Part shown: piece after piece, positions 20,056 through 28,993 of the stretch
How positions within the stretch are numbered: position 1 is the stretch's first letter
Layout of the letters: the number at the start of each line of letters is the position of its first letter
Translations under genes and position numbers: made by a program
Notes under the pieces: generated by a model
Told to the model about the DNA's origin: nothing
The model's input: the letters and a program-made list of their open reading frames with translations, nothing else
The model's database searches: none
NCBI GenBank assembly: GCA_963850905.1
Contig: CAWKMU010000003.1
Coordinates: forward strand, 1,600,001-1,664,000
DNA length: 64,000 bases
Source of the DNA: an uncultured Gemmatimonadales bacterium
GTDB taxonomy: Bacteria; Gemmatimonadota; Gemmatimonadetes; Gemmatimonadales; Gemmatimonadaceae
Direction: 5' to 3'

Positions 20056-22503
20056 ATGGGGAGCTGGCAGGTCATGCATCAAATCGCGTACGCTGTCCGT
20101 CGGTTGCGTAGCAATCCGCTGTTCACGATCGCCGCGACGCTCACGTTGGCAATTGCGATCGGGGCGACCGCGTCGGTGTTTGGCCTGGTCGACGGAGTGT
20201 TGCTCAAGGCATTTCCGTTCCGGGATCCAGGTCGCGTCGTCACGCTGTGGGAGAGTAACCCGCAAGCGCAGCAGCCCAAGGTTGCGGTCGCCACCGCCAA
20301 TTACTTCGACTGGCAACAGCAAAACAAGACGTTCAGCGCGATGGGAGCGGCCTGCTGCGGCGCCTTCCTGCGGTTTACCGTGTTGGGCGCCGAAGAGGCC
20401 GAACGGGTCATCGGGCTCGCCGTCACACCGAGCTATTTCCCGGCCGTTGGAATCACGCCGATGCTCGGGCGCGCGATGACGCCCGACACCAGTGCAGCCC
20501 CCGAAGTCGTGATCAGTTACGGGTATTGGCAGCGTCGGTTCGGTGGGTCGCCGGCGGTTCTCGGGCGCCCACTCAGGCTGGACAATCCCAACGACGCGCG
20601 CCCCACTCGGCAGCACGTCTACACGATTGTCGGCGTGATGCCGTCGGGGGTGCCGGGACCAGTCGACCTCTGGGTTCGCATCTACTTTGAGCCGGACGAA
20701 GCGACCCTCCGCGATGGTCGTTATCTCGACGTTTACGGACGCCTCAAGCCGGGTGTCAGTGTGGAGGCAGCCGAACGTGATTTGCAGACGATTGCGGGTC
20801 GACTGGCCGTCGCGTATCCCAAAACGAACAAGAATTGGTCGGTACAGGCTGTCCCGCTGTTGGATCAACTCGTCGGACCGGTGCGCCCGGCGCTCGCGAT
20901 GCTCTTTGCGGCCGCGGCCTGCGTGCTGCTCATCGGAGCGGCGAACCTGGCAAACCTCTTTCTCGTGCGCTGCCTCGCGCGCGAGCGCGAAATGGCGCTC
21001 CGGACGGCGCTCGGTGCTACTCGTGGCCGTCTCATACGCGATTTGGTGCTCGAGGCCACGGTGCTGAGCGTGGCAGCCGGCACATTGGGCGTAGGGGTGG
21101 CCGTCGGTGGGGTGCGCGTGTTGCGGGCCCTGGCGCCGCCGACCTTGCCACGCCTGGACCAGGTCGGAGTGGATGGCCGAGTGCTTCTGTTTTGCGTAGT
21201 GGCGTCGATCGCGACGGTTCTCGTCTTCGGGCTGTTACCGGCGTGGCAGGTGTCGCGGGGCACGCTGGCCGCAGCGCTCCGGGAGGGTGGCCGGGGAACC
21301 GGATCGGCGCAGCAACACCGGTTGCAGGATGGGCTCGTGGTGCTGCAGGTCGCAGTGGCGCTCGTCCTCCTGACCGGCGCTGGATTGCTGGTCGAAAGCT
21401 TCATGCGGTTTCAACGGATGGATCCGGGCTTCCGGTCTGCAGGTGTGCTGACCGCGCAGATCTCGTTTACGGCCGAGCGGTATCCGACTGCGGAGCGCCA
21501 ACAACAATTCCTCCAGACCCTCATCGAGCGTTTGGCCGCCCAGCCTGGCATTGAGGCGGCAAGTGTGAGCGGCGGTGTGCCCGGGTGGGCCGTTCGGCCC
21601 ACGATCCCGTTCGGCATCGTCGGCGACGCCACGCCGGAGGCGGGCCACGAACCTGTCTCGCTCTTGAGCGCGGCCAGTCCGGGCTACTTCGGCACCATGG
21701 GTATCCGCCTCCTGCGGGGGCGCGCGTTGCTTCCCACCGACGATGGACATGCAGCCAAGGTTGCCGTCGTGGATGAGCTGGTGGCGAAACGCTTCTTTGC
21801 GGGCCGCGATCCGATCGGACGTCAGCTCGTTTTCGATTACGGCATGGGGGCCGACACCATGCAGGTAGTCGGCGTCGTCGCGTCGACCAAGGAGAACGGA
21901 CTCGCGGCAGACGACGTGCCTCAGGTGTACGCGCCGGTCTCGCAGGTCTTGGGCGGCCGCGGCGTGCAGGCGTTCGTCGTCGTGCGCACACTTGGTGATC
22001 CGCACGCACATGTCCGCACTCTCAAGCGCACAATTGCGAGCCTAGACCCGGACGTGCCGGTCGCTGACATCAAGACCATGAGCGATCGGATGATGCAGTC
22101 GGTGGGCACGACACGCTTCTCGACCTTTCTCGCCTCACTCTTCGCACTGGTCGCGCTCGTGCTCGGCCTCGTGGGGATTTACAGCGTGCTCGCCTACATC
22201 GTGAGTCAGCGACGTCGAGAGATTGCCGTGCGCATCGCGCTGGGCGCGAGCCATTCGCACGTCATGAACGGTGTGCTGCGCCATGCATTGGAGCTGACCG
22301 CCGTTGGTATCGCCTTGGGGTCGGGCGCTGCCTGGCTCCTGACGCGGGCGCTGGCGGCTCTGTTCATCGGCGTCAGCCCCCATGACCCGGCTGTATTCGT
22401 GGGTGGTGCCGGCATCTTCGCGCTCGTAGCGGTAGCTGCGTCGGCCGTGCCCGCATTTCGCACGACGCAGGTGAACCCCGTGACGGCGCTGACGTCGAGC
22501 TAG
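20056..22503 (+). CDS. ADOP/MacB-like duplicated ABC permease
   Basis: TLTLAIAIGATASVF, ANLANLFLVR..AREREMALRTALGA, VVLQVAVALVLLTGAGLL, GIYSVLAYIVSQRRREIAVRIALGA. Confidence 0.93.
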   Translation: MGSWQVMHQIAYAVRRLRSNPLFTIAATLTLAIAIGATASVFGLVDGVLLKAFPFRDPGRVVTLWESNPQAQQPKVAVATANYFDWQQQNKTFSAMGAACCGAFLRFTVLGAEEAERVIGLAVTPSYFPAVGITPMLGRAMTPDTSAAPEVVISYGYWQRRFGGSPAVLGRPLRLDNPNDARPTRQHVYTIVGVMPSGVPGPVDLWVRIYFEPDEATLRDGRYLDVYGRLKPGVSVEAAERDLQTIAGRLAVAYPKTNKNWSVQAVPLLDQLVGPVRPALAMLFAAAACVLLIGAANLANLFLVRCLAREREMALRTALGATRGRLIRDLVLEATVLSVAAGTLGVGVAVGGVRVLRALAPPTLPRLDQVGVDGRVLLFCVVASIATVLVFGLLPAWQVSRGTLAAALREGGRGTGSAQQHRLQDGLVVLQVAVALVLLTGAGLLVESFMRFQRMDPGFRSAGVLTAQISFTAERYPTAERQQQFLQTLIERLAAQPGIEAASVSGGVPGWAVRPTIPFGIVGDATPEAGHEPVSLLSAASPGYFGTMGIRLLRGRALLPTDDGHAAKVAVVDELVAKRFFAGRDPIGRQLVFDYGMGADTMQVVGVVASTKENGLAADDVPQVYAPVSQVLGGRGVQAFVVVRTLGDPHAHVRTLKRTIASLDPDVPVADIKTMSDRMMQSVGTTRFSTFLASLFALVALVLGLVGIYSVLAYIVSQRRREIAVRIALGASHSHVMNGVLRHALELTAVGIALGSGAAWLLTRALAALFIGVSPHDPAVFVGGAGIFALVAVAASAVPAFRTTQVNPVTALTSS

Positions 22504-22510
22504 GCAGGCC

Positions 22511-22553
22511 CGTCTAACGTCCAGCGTCTAACGTCCAGCGTCTAGCTAGCGTC
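22511..22553. repeat. Solo heptamer arm (CGTCTAA/CGTCCAG/CGTCTAG)n between convergent genes
   Basis: Five tandem units; contains the EamA stop codon at 22542-22544. Confidence 0.75.
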
Positions 22554-23447
22554 CGCCCTATGAGTGGGCCGCAGCACCACATAGATGCCATAGAGGACGA
22601 GAAGGCCGCCCAGGACCTGCGTCGGCGAGAGCGATTCCCGCAGCACGATCGCTGCCAGCAGGGCAGTGACGGGGACCTGACCGAGTATCGCTACCGATGT
22701 CACGGTCGCGTCCAGGGTGCCCAGCGCGTAGTTCACCCCGAGATACCCGCCCACCTGCGACACGAGGCCAAGCGCAATGAGCGCGGCCCACGACGTGGGC
22801 CGGAATCCGGTCAGCGGGGCGCGGAGGATGAGACACGCGAGGAGTAGCAGCACAGCGCCACTCGCGACCGCCAGTGTGGTGAGGGTCAGCGTATCGGCGT
22901 CCTCGCGGGCGCGTTGCGTCGCGAAGAGGTATCCGGCGAAGAACGCAGCAGCGAGAATTGCGAGCAGATCGCCACTCACGTCGCCGCGCGCCGTCGCAGC
23001 GCTGTGTCCGCCGGTGGCGGCGCTCCCGAGCACCACTGCGGAGCCTGCGGCGGCGAGGAGCAAGCCGATCCAGTACCCGCGCCCGAGTCGCTGCCGGAAC
23101 ACGATCCACGCCGCCAGCGCGACGAAGAGGGGCGAGGTGTTTGCAAGCAGCGTCACAATGGTGACGCTCGTGCGCTGGACGGCGACGTTGAAGATGGCGT
23201 TGTCGCAGGCGAAGCAGGCGCCGGCGGTGCACGCGAGGAGCGCTGCGCTCCGGGACATGCTTCCCCGCGACCGCAGCCGGACGATGCACCACGGCGCGAG
23301 CGCAAGTGTCGCGATCGTGAACCGATAGAATGCAGCGGAGACGCCGGGGACCGCGGCCAGCCGCACGAACAGGCCGGACCAGGCAATGCAGATAACACCG
23401 GCGGCAAGCGCGAGGTACGCAAGCCCCCGCGGATGCCGTTGGATCAT
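22542..23447 (-). CDS. EamA/DMT family transporter
   Basis: About 10 TM helices in two repeats; AAFYRF, TLLANTSPLFVAL, GDLLAILAAAFFAGY. Confidence 0.9.
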   Translation of the reverse strand: MIQRHPRGLAYLALAAGVICIAWSGLFVRLAAVPGVSAAFYRFTIATLALAPWCIVRLRSRGSMSRSAALLACTAGACFACDNAIFNVAVQRTSVTIVTLLANTSPLFVALAAWIVFRQRLGRGYWIGLLLAAAGSAVVLGSAATGGHSAATARGDVSGDLLAILAAAFFAGYLFATQRAREDADTLTLTTLAVASGAVLLLLACLILRAPLTGFRPTSWAALIALGLVSQVGGYLGVNYALGTLDATVTSVAILGQVPVTALLAAIVLRESLSPTQVLGGLLVLYGIYVVLRPTHRADAS

Positions 23448-23452
23448 GTGGG

Positions 23453-23756
23453 TTGGACGCTGGACGTTAGACGTTGGACGCTAGACGTTAGACGCAAACC
23501 TCAACGCCAGGTAGGTGCTCTACTGGTTGGCGCCGCCGAACCGTCACCCGGCGGGTAGGGGCGACGCAATGCGTCGCCCTCCATCCCCCACCGGATGCAC
23601 CGGCGTCGGCGTGGGTGCCATCCCGGACGTTGTGGCGTGTGGTGTGGCCCGCGAACGGCGGGCGACGCATTGCGTCGCCCCTACCCGCCGTAATCCGGGT
23701 CCGAGCGCCAAACGTCTACCGTCCAACGTCCAAAGTCCAGCGTCTAGCGTCCAGCT
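23453..23756. repeat. Composite element A3: heptamer arms + partial hairpin core + REP doublet with a different spacer
   Basis: Left arm 23453-23494, REP copies 23555-23579 and 23660-23684, right arm about 23712-23756. Confidence 0.88.
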
Positions 23757-23791
23757 TCCGGCGTCTGAGGAGCAAGCTGTAGACTTCGAGT

Positions 23792-24379
23792 ATGGCGAAA
23801 ACACCCACCCCCGGAGACACCGCGCCGGACTTCGTCCGGCCGGATTCGACTGGCGCCGAGCGACGCCTCTCGGAGCTTGCCGCTGCCCGGCCGATCGTGC
23901 TCCTCGCGTACCGTGGCGACTGGTGACCGTTTTGCCTCCGCCAGTTGGCGGATTATCGCGATCACTACGCTGAGATTCGGGCCGCTGGCGCGGATGTCGT
24001 GGCGGTCTCCGTCGACCCACCCGCGCAATCCGACGCTCTACGGCGAGCGCTCAAGCTGCCCTTCGCGATCCTGAGCGATGGAGAACGGCAACTCGTGCGG
24101 GATTGGGACATCTACAACGCGCGTGAGCGAGGTGGCATCGCCCGCCCCGCGCTCTTCCTGATCGATCGGGATCGCCGAGTGCGTTACAGCGCGATCGATA
24201 CGGTGGCGACGCGAGTGCCTGCGTCGGAAGTCGTTCGACTGCTCCAGACGAAGGCCGTCAATGGGCCTGTCAAGCACAAAGTCTGCGTTCCCACGCCGGT
24301 GGACTTCGTTCGGGCAATGCGCAACCTCATGCGCCGCGTTGGCCGCCCACAATCCTTTCGATCTGAGCCCGATGGTTGA
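23792..24379 (+). CDS. AhpC/TSA peroxiredoxin-like protein, probable selenoprotein (Sec at TGA 23924-23926, UxxC)
   Basis: MAKTPTPGDTAPDFVRPDSTG...IVLLAYRGDW-TGA-PFCLRQLADY continues in frame into ORF 23945..24379 (VVAVSVD, LPFAILSD, ARPALFLID). Confidence 0.85.
23937..23952 (+). promoter_or_regulatory. Bacterial SECIS-like hairpin
   Basis: TCCGCC-AGTT-GGCGGA beginning at the 11th nt after the UGA, with GU in the apical loop. Confidence 0.65.
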
Positions 24380-24842
24380 GGTCATGCCCCGCCCACAGGC
24401 GGCTGGTGTGCGCGATGCTTTCCCGTCCCCGCTCGGTGTGCATGCCGGCGCGCGCGAGTTGTGTCGGAGAGAGGGAGCGTAGCAGCCGCACGTTCGCACT
24501 CCGCAGCGAACGCAGCCGGTCCAGTGACTCCGTCGCCGGGACATTGGTATAGCGACCCAGGTCCGCCCACTTGTCCTGGTCGTATGCCTGAAGCTCCACG
24601 CCGTCGGTCTCGAGGACCCGTCGGACCCGGAAGCTCAGCACGATCTCCGTATCCGCCAGGTGCGCGAGGATTTCCTGGACCGACCATTTGTTGGGCGCGG
24701 GACGCTTCTGCAGTCCCGCGGGATCGAGCCCCTCGGCGAGCGCGGCGAGGGCCGCCGGCGTCGACTCCATTACCTCGATCGGATCGCGACTCCCGAGGTA
24801 GCCGAGGATACGCGTGACATACGCTTCCGTGGATTCGGACAT
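24327..24842 (-). CDS. DinB/YfiT-family (DinB_2) putative metal-dependent protein
   Basis: PAPNKWSVQEILAHLADTE and WAGHDLNH metal-binding His motifs. Confidence 0.85.
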   Translation of the reverse strand: MSESTEAYVTRILGYLGSRDPIEVMESTPAALAALAEGLDPAGLQKRPAPNKWSVQEILAHLADTEIVLSFRVRRVLETDGVELQAYDQDKWADLGRYTNVPATESLDRLRSLRSANVRLLRSLSPTQLARAGMHTERGRESIAHTSRLWAGHDLNHRAQIERIVGGQRGA

Positions 24843-24954
24843 GGCGTTGCAGGGTTGCGAGTGGTTGCTGAAGGTAGCGTGATGCAGAAGGGTCGGGCGA
24901 GGGGTGAGGGGAGCACAACCACAACCCACCGCCACGACGTCCACGGCGAAAGGT

Positions 24955-25095
24955 GGGCGGGCTGAAGCCCGCACCCAACATGTCGGCATGAACGATGAGA
25001 CTCCGGAGCACCCTACAGGCACGTGGCGTCGAGTGTCGACGAATCCCGAGGCGGCGCTGTCCGCAGCAACATGTAGGGCGGGCTTCAGCCCGCCC
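24955..25095. repeat. REP-doublet element B1 (GTAG ends facing inward)
   Basis: GGGCGGGCTGAAGCCCGCACCCAAC-ATGT ... GCAGCAACAT-GTAGGGCGGGCTTCAGCCCGCCC; followed by CCCGTTA/CCCGTCA heptamers to about 25146. Confidence 0.85.
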
Positions 25096-25125
25096 GATTG
25101 TTGCAGGTCGCCGTTGTGTCACCCG

Positions 25126-27606
25126 TTACCCGTCACCCGTCGCCCGGCCGTTCGCAGCCGAAGCCGCTCGGTGCGCCGGAAGCCAGCTGGCCGCGAGCGT
25201 GACGAACCCGACGCCGAGCACGGAGACGACAAAGGCTGTGGGGTCGGTCGCAGTCACGCCGTAGAGCAGATTCGCCAACAGGCGCATGACGACGAGCGCC
25301 ACAACCGTGCCGAGCGCGATCCCGCCGGCGGCCAGGATGGTGCCATCGCGAAGAACGAGGCGCACAATGTGTGACTCGCGGGCTCCGAGCGCGACGCGGA
25401 CTCTGAGCTCCTGCGTGCGTTGGGCGACGAGATAGGAGACGACGCTGTAGAGGCCCATCGCCGCGAGCAGCAGTGCGGCTGCGCCAAAGGCTGCAACGAG
25501 CACCAGGACCAGCCGGCGATCAGCGATCGAGGATGCGACGATCGACTCCATTGTACGGAAGCGTGGCGACACGTCCGGACGTAGCGCCCGCACGATCGCG
25601 TCGGCAGCCGCGACAGTGCTGGTCGGGCTGTTCGGACCAACCAGCACCACGTTCATCCGTCCCATTGCGACGGGGCGTTGGATGTAATCCGCGTAGAACG
25701 TCGGCTTGGCGGGTGCGTTCAGGCTGCCGTCGCGCACGTCTCCGACGACCCCCACGATCGTGAACGGACGCACATCGCCATCCATATTGCCGAAAAAGAT
25801 CCACTTACCGATGGGGCTCCCGCCGGGCCAGCTCGCTTTTGCGAGCGATGCGCTCACGACCGCAACGTGCGCTGCGGTTGGCGCATCGCGCTCGTCGAAC
25901 GTGCGCCCCTCGAGGAGTGGAATGTGCATGGCCGTGAAGTAGCCGCCGCTGGCCACCCGGAACTCCGCGTACCCGCTGCGTGCATGGTCCTGGGCCAGCT
26001 TTTCGAAGTCTGCCATCGAGATCTTTTCGTCGGGGGATCCCAGCTCGAGGAAGGTGCCGCTCGAGGTGCCGCCAAGGTCCAACGGGATAGCGTTGACGGC
26101 GCCGACAGCTGTGACGCCGGGAATGCTGGCGAAGCGCGTCAGCAGCTCGTGGTAGAAGGCCGCACGCTGGATGCGTGGCACGGAGTCATCCGCCTCGATC
26201 GACAGATCGAGCACCACACGCCGCTCGACCCGGAACCCCGGATCGACTGCGAGCAGGTTGAGCAGACTTCGACCCAACAACCCGGCACCAATCAACAGCA
26301 CGATCGTCATCGCTACCTGGGCGACGACCAGCGCGCGCCGTGCCTGCGTCGCGGACCCGGCTCCTGACGCGACGCGCTCCGAGGCGGACAGCATCTCGCG
26401 CACGTCCGTGCGCATGGCGCGCCACGCGGTGAGGAGGGCGAGAGCGACCGCCGTCACCAGCGATAGGCCGAGGGCGAAGGCGAGAACGAGTCCATCCATC
26501 CGCACTTCGTACGTGCGAGGCAATTGGCTCGGGTCCAACGACAGCAATGCGCGCGTCCCCGCCATTGCGGCCACCACGCCGAGCGCGCCCCCGGCCAGAG
26601 ACAGCACGACCGACTCGGCCAGGCATTGTTGCGCGAGGCGGCTCGGCCCCGCGCCCAGCGCCAGACGCAGAGCCAGTTCCGATCGACGAGCCATCAGCCG
26701 GGCCACCAGCAAGTTGGCGACGTTGGCACATCCGATCACCAGCAGGAGCACCGACGCCGCCAACAGCACCAGCAGTGTGGGGCGGGTCGAGCCCACGAGT
26801 TGGTCGCGAAGCGGCACGAGCGCCGCGTCCGCCATCATGGTTTGGGAGCCGTACTTTCCAGCAAGCGCTCGGGCCAGCGCATGGACGTCACGCCGTGCTG
26901 CATCGTCCGTCACGCCGGGATGGATTCGACCGACGACCTGCCAATTGTGGGCGGTCCGAGAGGGAAGCGGCGCGAGCAGCTCGCGCGAGATCCACATGTC
27001 GGTGGTCAACGGAAAGTCGAGCGCGGGCCGCATCACCCCGATTAGGGTGTACGTCCGGTCGCCGATCGTGAGCCGCTGGCCGAGCGCCCAGGCGCGGCCG
27101 CCCCAGACGCGTTGCCAAAATCCCCAGCTCACGACGACCGTTGGCGGACCGTTCTCGCGCTGCTCGTCCGGGGCGAAGGTGCGACCCAGTATCGGCTGAA
27201 TGCCGAGGATGTCGAAGAAGTCCCGGGAGACATCGGTGACGGCGGCGCGGGTCGGGGCAATGTCGCCGGCGACCGAGACGGTCGTCGCCCCCGCGAATTC
27301 GGCGAGTCCCGAGAAGACCCGGCTTCGTGATCGGACATCGTCGAAGTTCGGGTCCGAGAACTGCATCCGCTTCCCTGCTGCGTCGACCTGCCACACTTGA
27401 ACGAGACGGTCAGCCGCCGGGTAGGGTAGGGGGCGCAAGAGCACGCCGCGCACGACACTGAAGATGGCAGTCGCCGCTCCGATCCCGAGTGCGAGGGTCA
27501 GCACCGTCGCGAAGACAAAACCCGGCGCGCGGCGAAACCACCGCGACGCGAATCGAATGTCCTGTACACACAGCGCCAGCCACTCGCGGACGCGCGCCTG
27601 TTGCAT
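25126..27606 (-). CDS. ADOP/MacB-like duplicated ABC permease
   Basis: QDIRFASR, LTLALGIGAATAIFSVV..VLLRPLPYP, CANVANLL, LVVAQVAM, GLYSVVSYLVAQRTQELRVRVALGA. Confidence 0.93.
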   Translation of the reverse strand: MQQARVREWLALCVQDIRFASRWFRRAPGFVFATVLTLALGIGAATAIFSVVRGVLLRPLPYPAADRLVQVWQVDAAGKRMQFSDPNFDDVRSRSRVFSGLAEFAGATTVSVAGDIAPTRAAVTDVSRDFFDILGIQPILGRTFAPDEQRENGPPTVVVSWGFWQRVWGGRAWALGQRLTIGDRTYTLIGVMRPALDFPLTTDMWISRELLAPLPSRTAHNWQVVGRIHPGVTDDAARRDVHALARALAGKYGSQTMMADAALVPLRDQLVGSTRPTLLVLLAASVLLLVIGCANVANLLVARLMARRSELALRLALGAGPSRLAQQCLAESVVLSLAGGALGVVAAMAGTRALLSLDPSQLPRTYEVRMDGLVLAFALGLSLVTAVALALLTAWRAMRTDVREMLSASERVASGAGSATQARRALVVAQVAMTIVLLIGAGLLGRSLLNLLAVDPGFRVERRVVLDLSIEADDSVPRIQRAAFYHELLTRFASIPGVTAVGAVNAIPLDLGGTSSGTFLELGSPDEKISMADFEKLAQDHARSGYAEFRVASGGYFTAMHIPLLEGRTFDERDAPTAAHVAVVSASLAKASWPGGSPIGKWIFFGNMDGDVRPFTIVGVVGDVRDGSLNAPAKPTFYADYIQRPVAMGRMNVVLVGPNSPTSTVAAADAIVRALRPDVSPRFRTMESIVASSIADRRLVLVLVAAFGAAALLLAAMGLYSVVSYLVAQRTQELRVRVALGARESHIVRLVLRDGTILAAGGIALGTVVALVVMRLLANLLYGVTATDPTAFVVSVLGVGFVTLAASWLPAHRAASAANGRATGDG

Positions 27607-27649
27607 ATGCGAAGCCCCCCGGCCATGGAGTTGGTGTTGCTGACCAGGA

Positions 27650-28948
27650 CTACGGGCTCAGTGGCTTGTTTGGTTTCTCCCCTTTCGCCTTTTTCGGACG
27701 CGCGGCGGTCGCCGCGCCGAAGCCGATGATATCGTGCCCCAGGCGCTGTCTCAGCTGGTCGACCGCGGCGGCAACCCGCCGCTGCTGCGGGCTCTCGCCG
27801 CGCGCCGCGGCGCTGTCGAAGAGTGCGAGCTGGTCGGCCCCGTCGTCACCCGAGAGCTCGGACAACGTCACGCCCACGAGCCGTACGGGCACGCGGCGAT
27901 CGGCGCGCAGTCGCTGGAGCAGTCCGGCCGCGATTGGAGCGATGGCCTGGTATGTTGTGAGCGCGGCAGGGGCAGTTCGACTGGCGCGGCGAAGGACAAA
28001 ATCGGCGTCTTTCACCCGAACGGCGATCGTGCGCGCTCCACACTGCCCACCGCGCATGTCGGACACCGCGTGATCCGTCAGGACGAGTAGCGTCCGCCGG
28101 AGGTCGGCATCGTCGATCATGTCGCGCGAAAAGGTGGTCTCGTGCCCGATGGATTTGCGAGGACTCCGCGCCTGCACGCCGACGTGATCGATACCACGGA
28201 TTACGTCGTAGAGCCATCGCCCCTGGCGTTGGCCCGCCACGCGTTCCAGTGTCGCGCGGTCGTGCGGCAACACATTGGTCACATCGCGCCAGCCGATGCG
28301 GCCGAGTCGTTGCTGGAATTTCGGTCCAATCCCTGGGATGTCCGCCAACGCGACCGTGGCCACGAAAGCGGCCTCGTCGCCGGGGTTCACGACATGCACA
28401 CCATGGCCGTCCGTGCCCGGCCGCGGCTTCGCACGCTCGACGGCGAGTTTGGCGACGAGGCGGTTGGTGCCGCCACCCAGCGAGATACGGATCGCCGTCT
28501 CTCCCAACACGGCGTGCCGAATGTCGTACGCGACCGCTTCGAGGGTGCGTCGGCGGTACACCGTCTGCATAGCCGACGTGAGCTCCAGGTACGCTTCGTC
28601 GGGTGATGCGCTCTGGACCGCCGGAGCGAACCGTTTGAGCACTCGCACCACGTCCCGGCTCTTGTCGGTGCACAGTCGGCGCGGGATCGGGACGCACATC
28701 GCGTCGGGACACAATCGGAGCGCGCGGGCGATAGGCATCCCCGATCGCACGCCGAATTCCCGCACCTCGTAAGAGGCCGAGCAAACGACCCCGCGGCTAT
28801 CGGCGGTGCCTCCGACGATCAAGAGCGCCGCACGGCCTGCTCCGTCGGGGTCCGCGAGCCGTGCGAGCTGGACATAGTACACATCGCAATCCGCGAGCAG
28901 CACACTGCGCGGCGAGGACGGCTGCGGGGCGGTTGGGTTCGCGACCAC
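27650..28948 (-). CDS. dinB: Y-family DNA polymerase IV
   Basis: ADCDVYY, RGVVCSASYEVREFGVRSGMP, ASPDEAYL, IPGIGPK, RKSIGHETTF, clamp motif QLALF. Confidence 0.92.
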   Translation of the reverse strand: MVANPTAPQPSSPRSVLLADCDVYYVQLARLADPDGAGRAALLIVGGTADSRGVVCSASYEVREFGVRSGMPIARALRLCPDAMCVPIPRRLCTDKSRDVVRVLKRFAPAVQSASPDEAYLELTSAMQTVYRRRTLEAVAYDIRHAVLGETAIRISLGGGTNRLVAKLAVERAKPRPGTDGHGVHVVNPGDEAAFVATVALADIPGIGPKFQQRLGRIGWRDVTNVLPHDRATLERVAGQRQGRWLYDVIRGIDHVGVQARSPRKSIGHETTFSRDMIDDADLRRTLLVLTDHAVSDMRGGQCGARTIAVRVKDADFVLRRASRTAPAALTTYQAIAPIAAGLLQRLRADRRVPVRLVGVTLSELSGDDGADQLALFDSAAARGESPQQRRVAAAVDQLRQRLGHDIIGFGAATAARPKKAKGEKPNKPLSP

Positions 28949-28993
28949 GTTGGAATCTACCCAGTCACCCCGCAGTGCGAGTGCGTGCCGCCT

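Noticed and set aside
3935..23684. REP repeats as a CRISPR array
   Set aside because: Copies are inverted pairs dispersed over kilobases rather than direct repeats with 30-40-nt spacers, and there are no cas genes.
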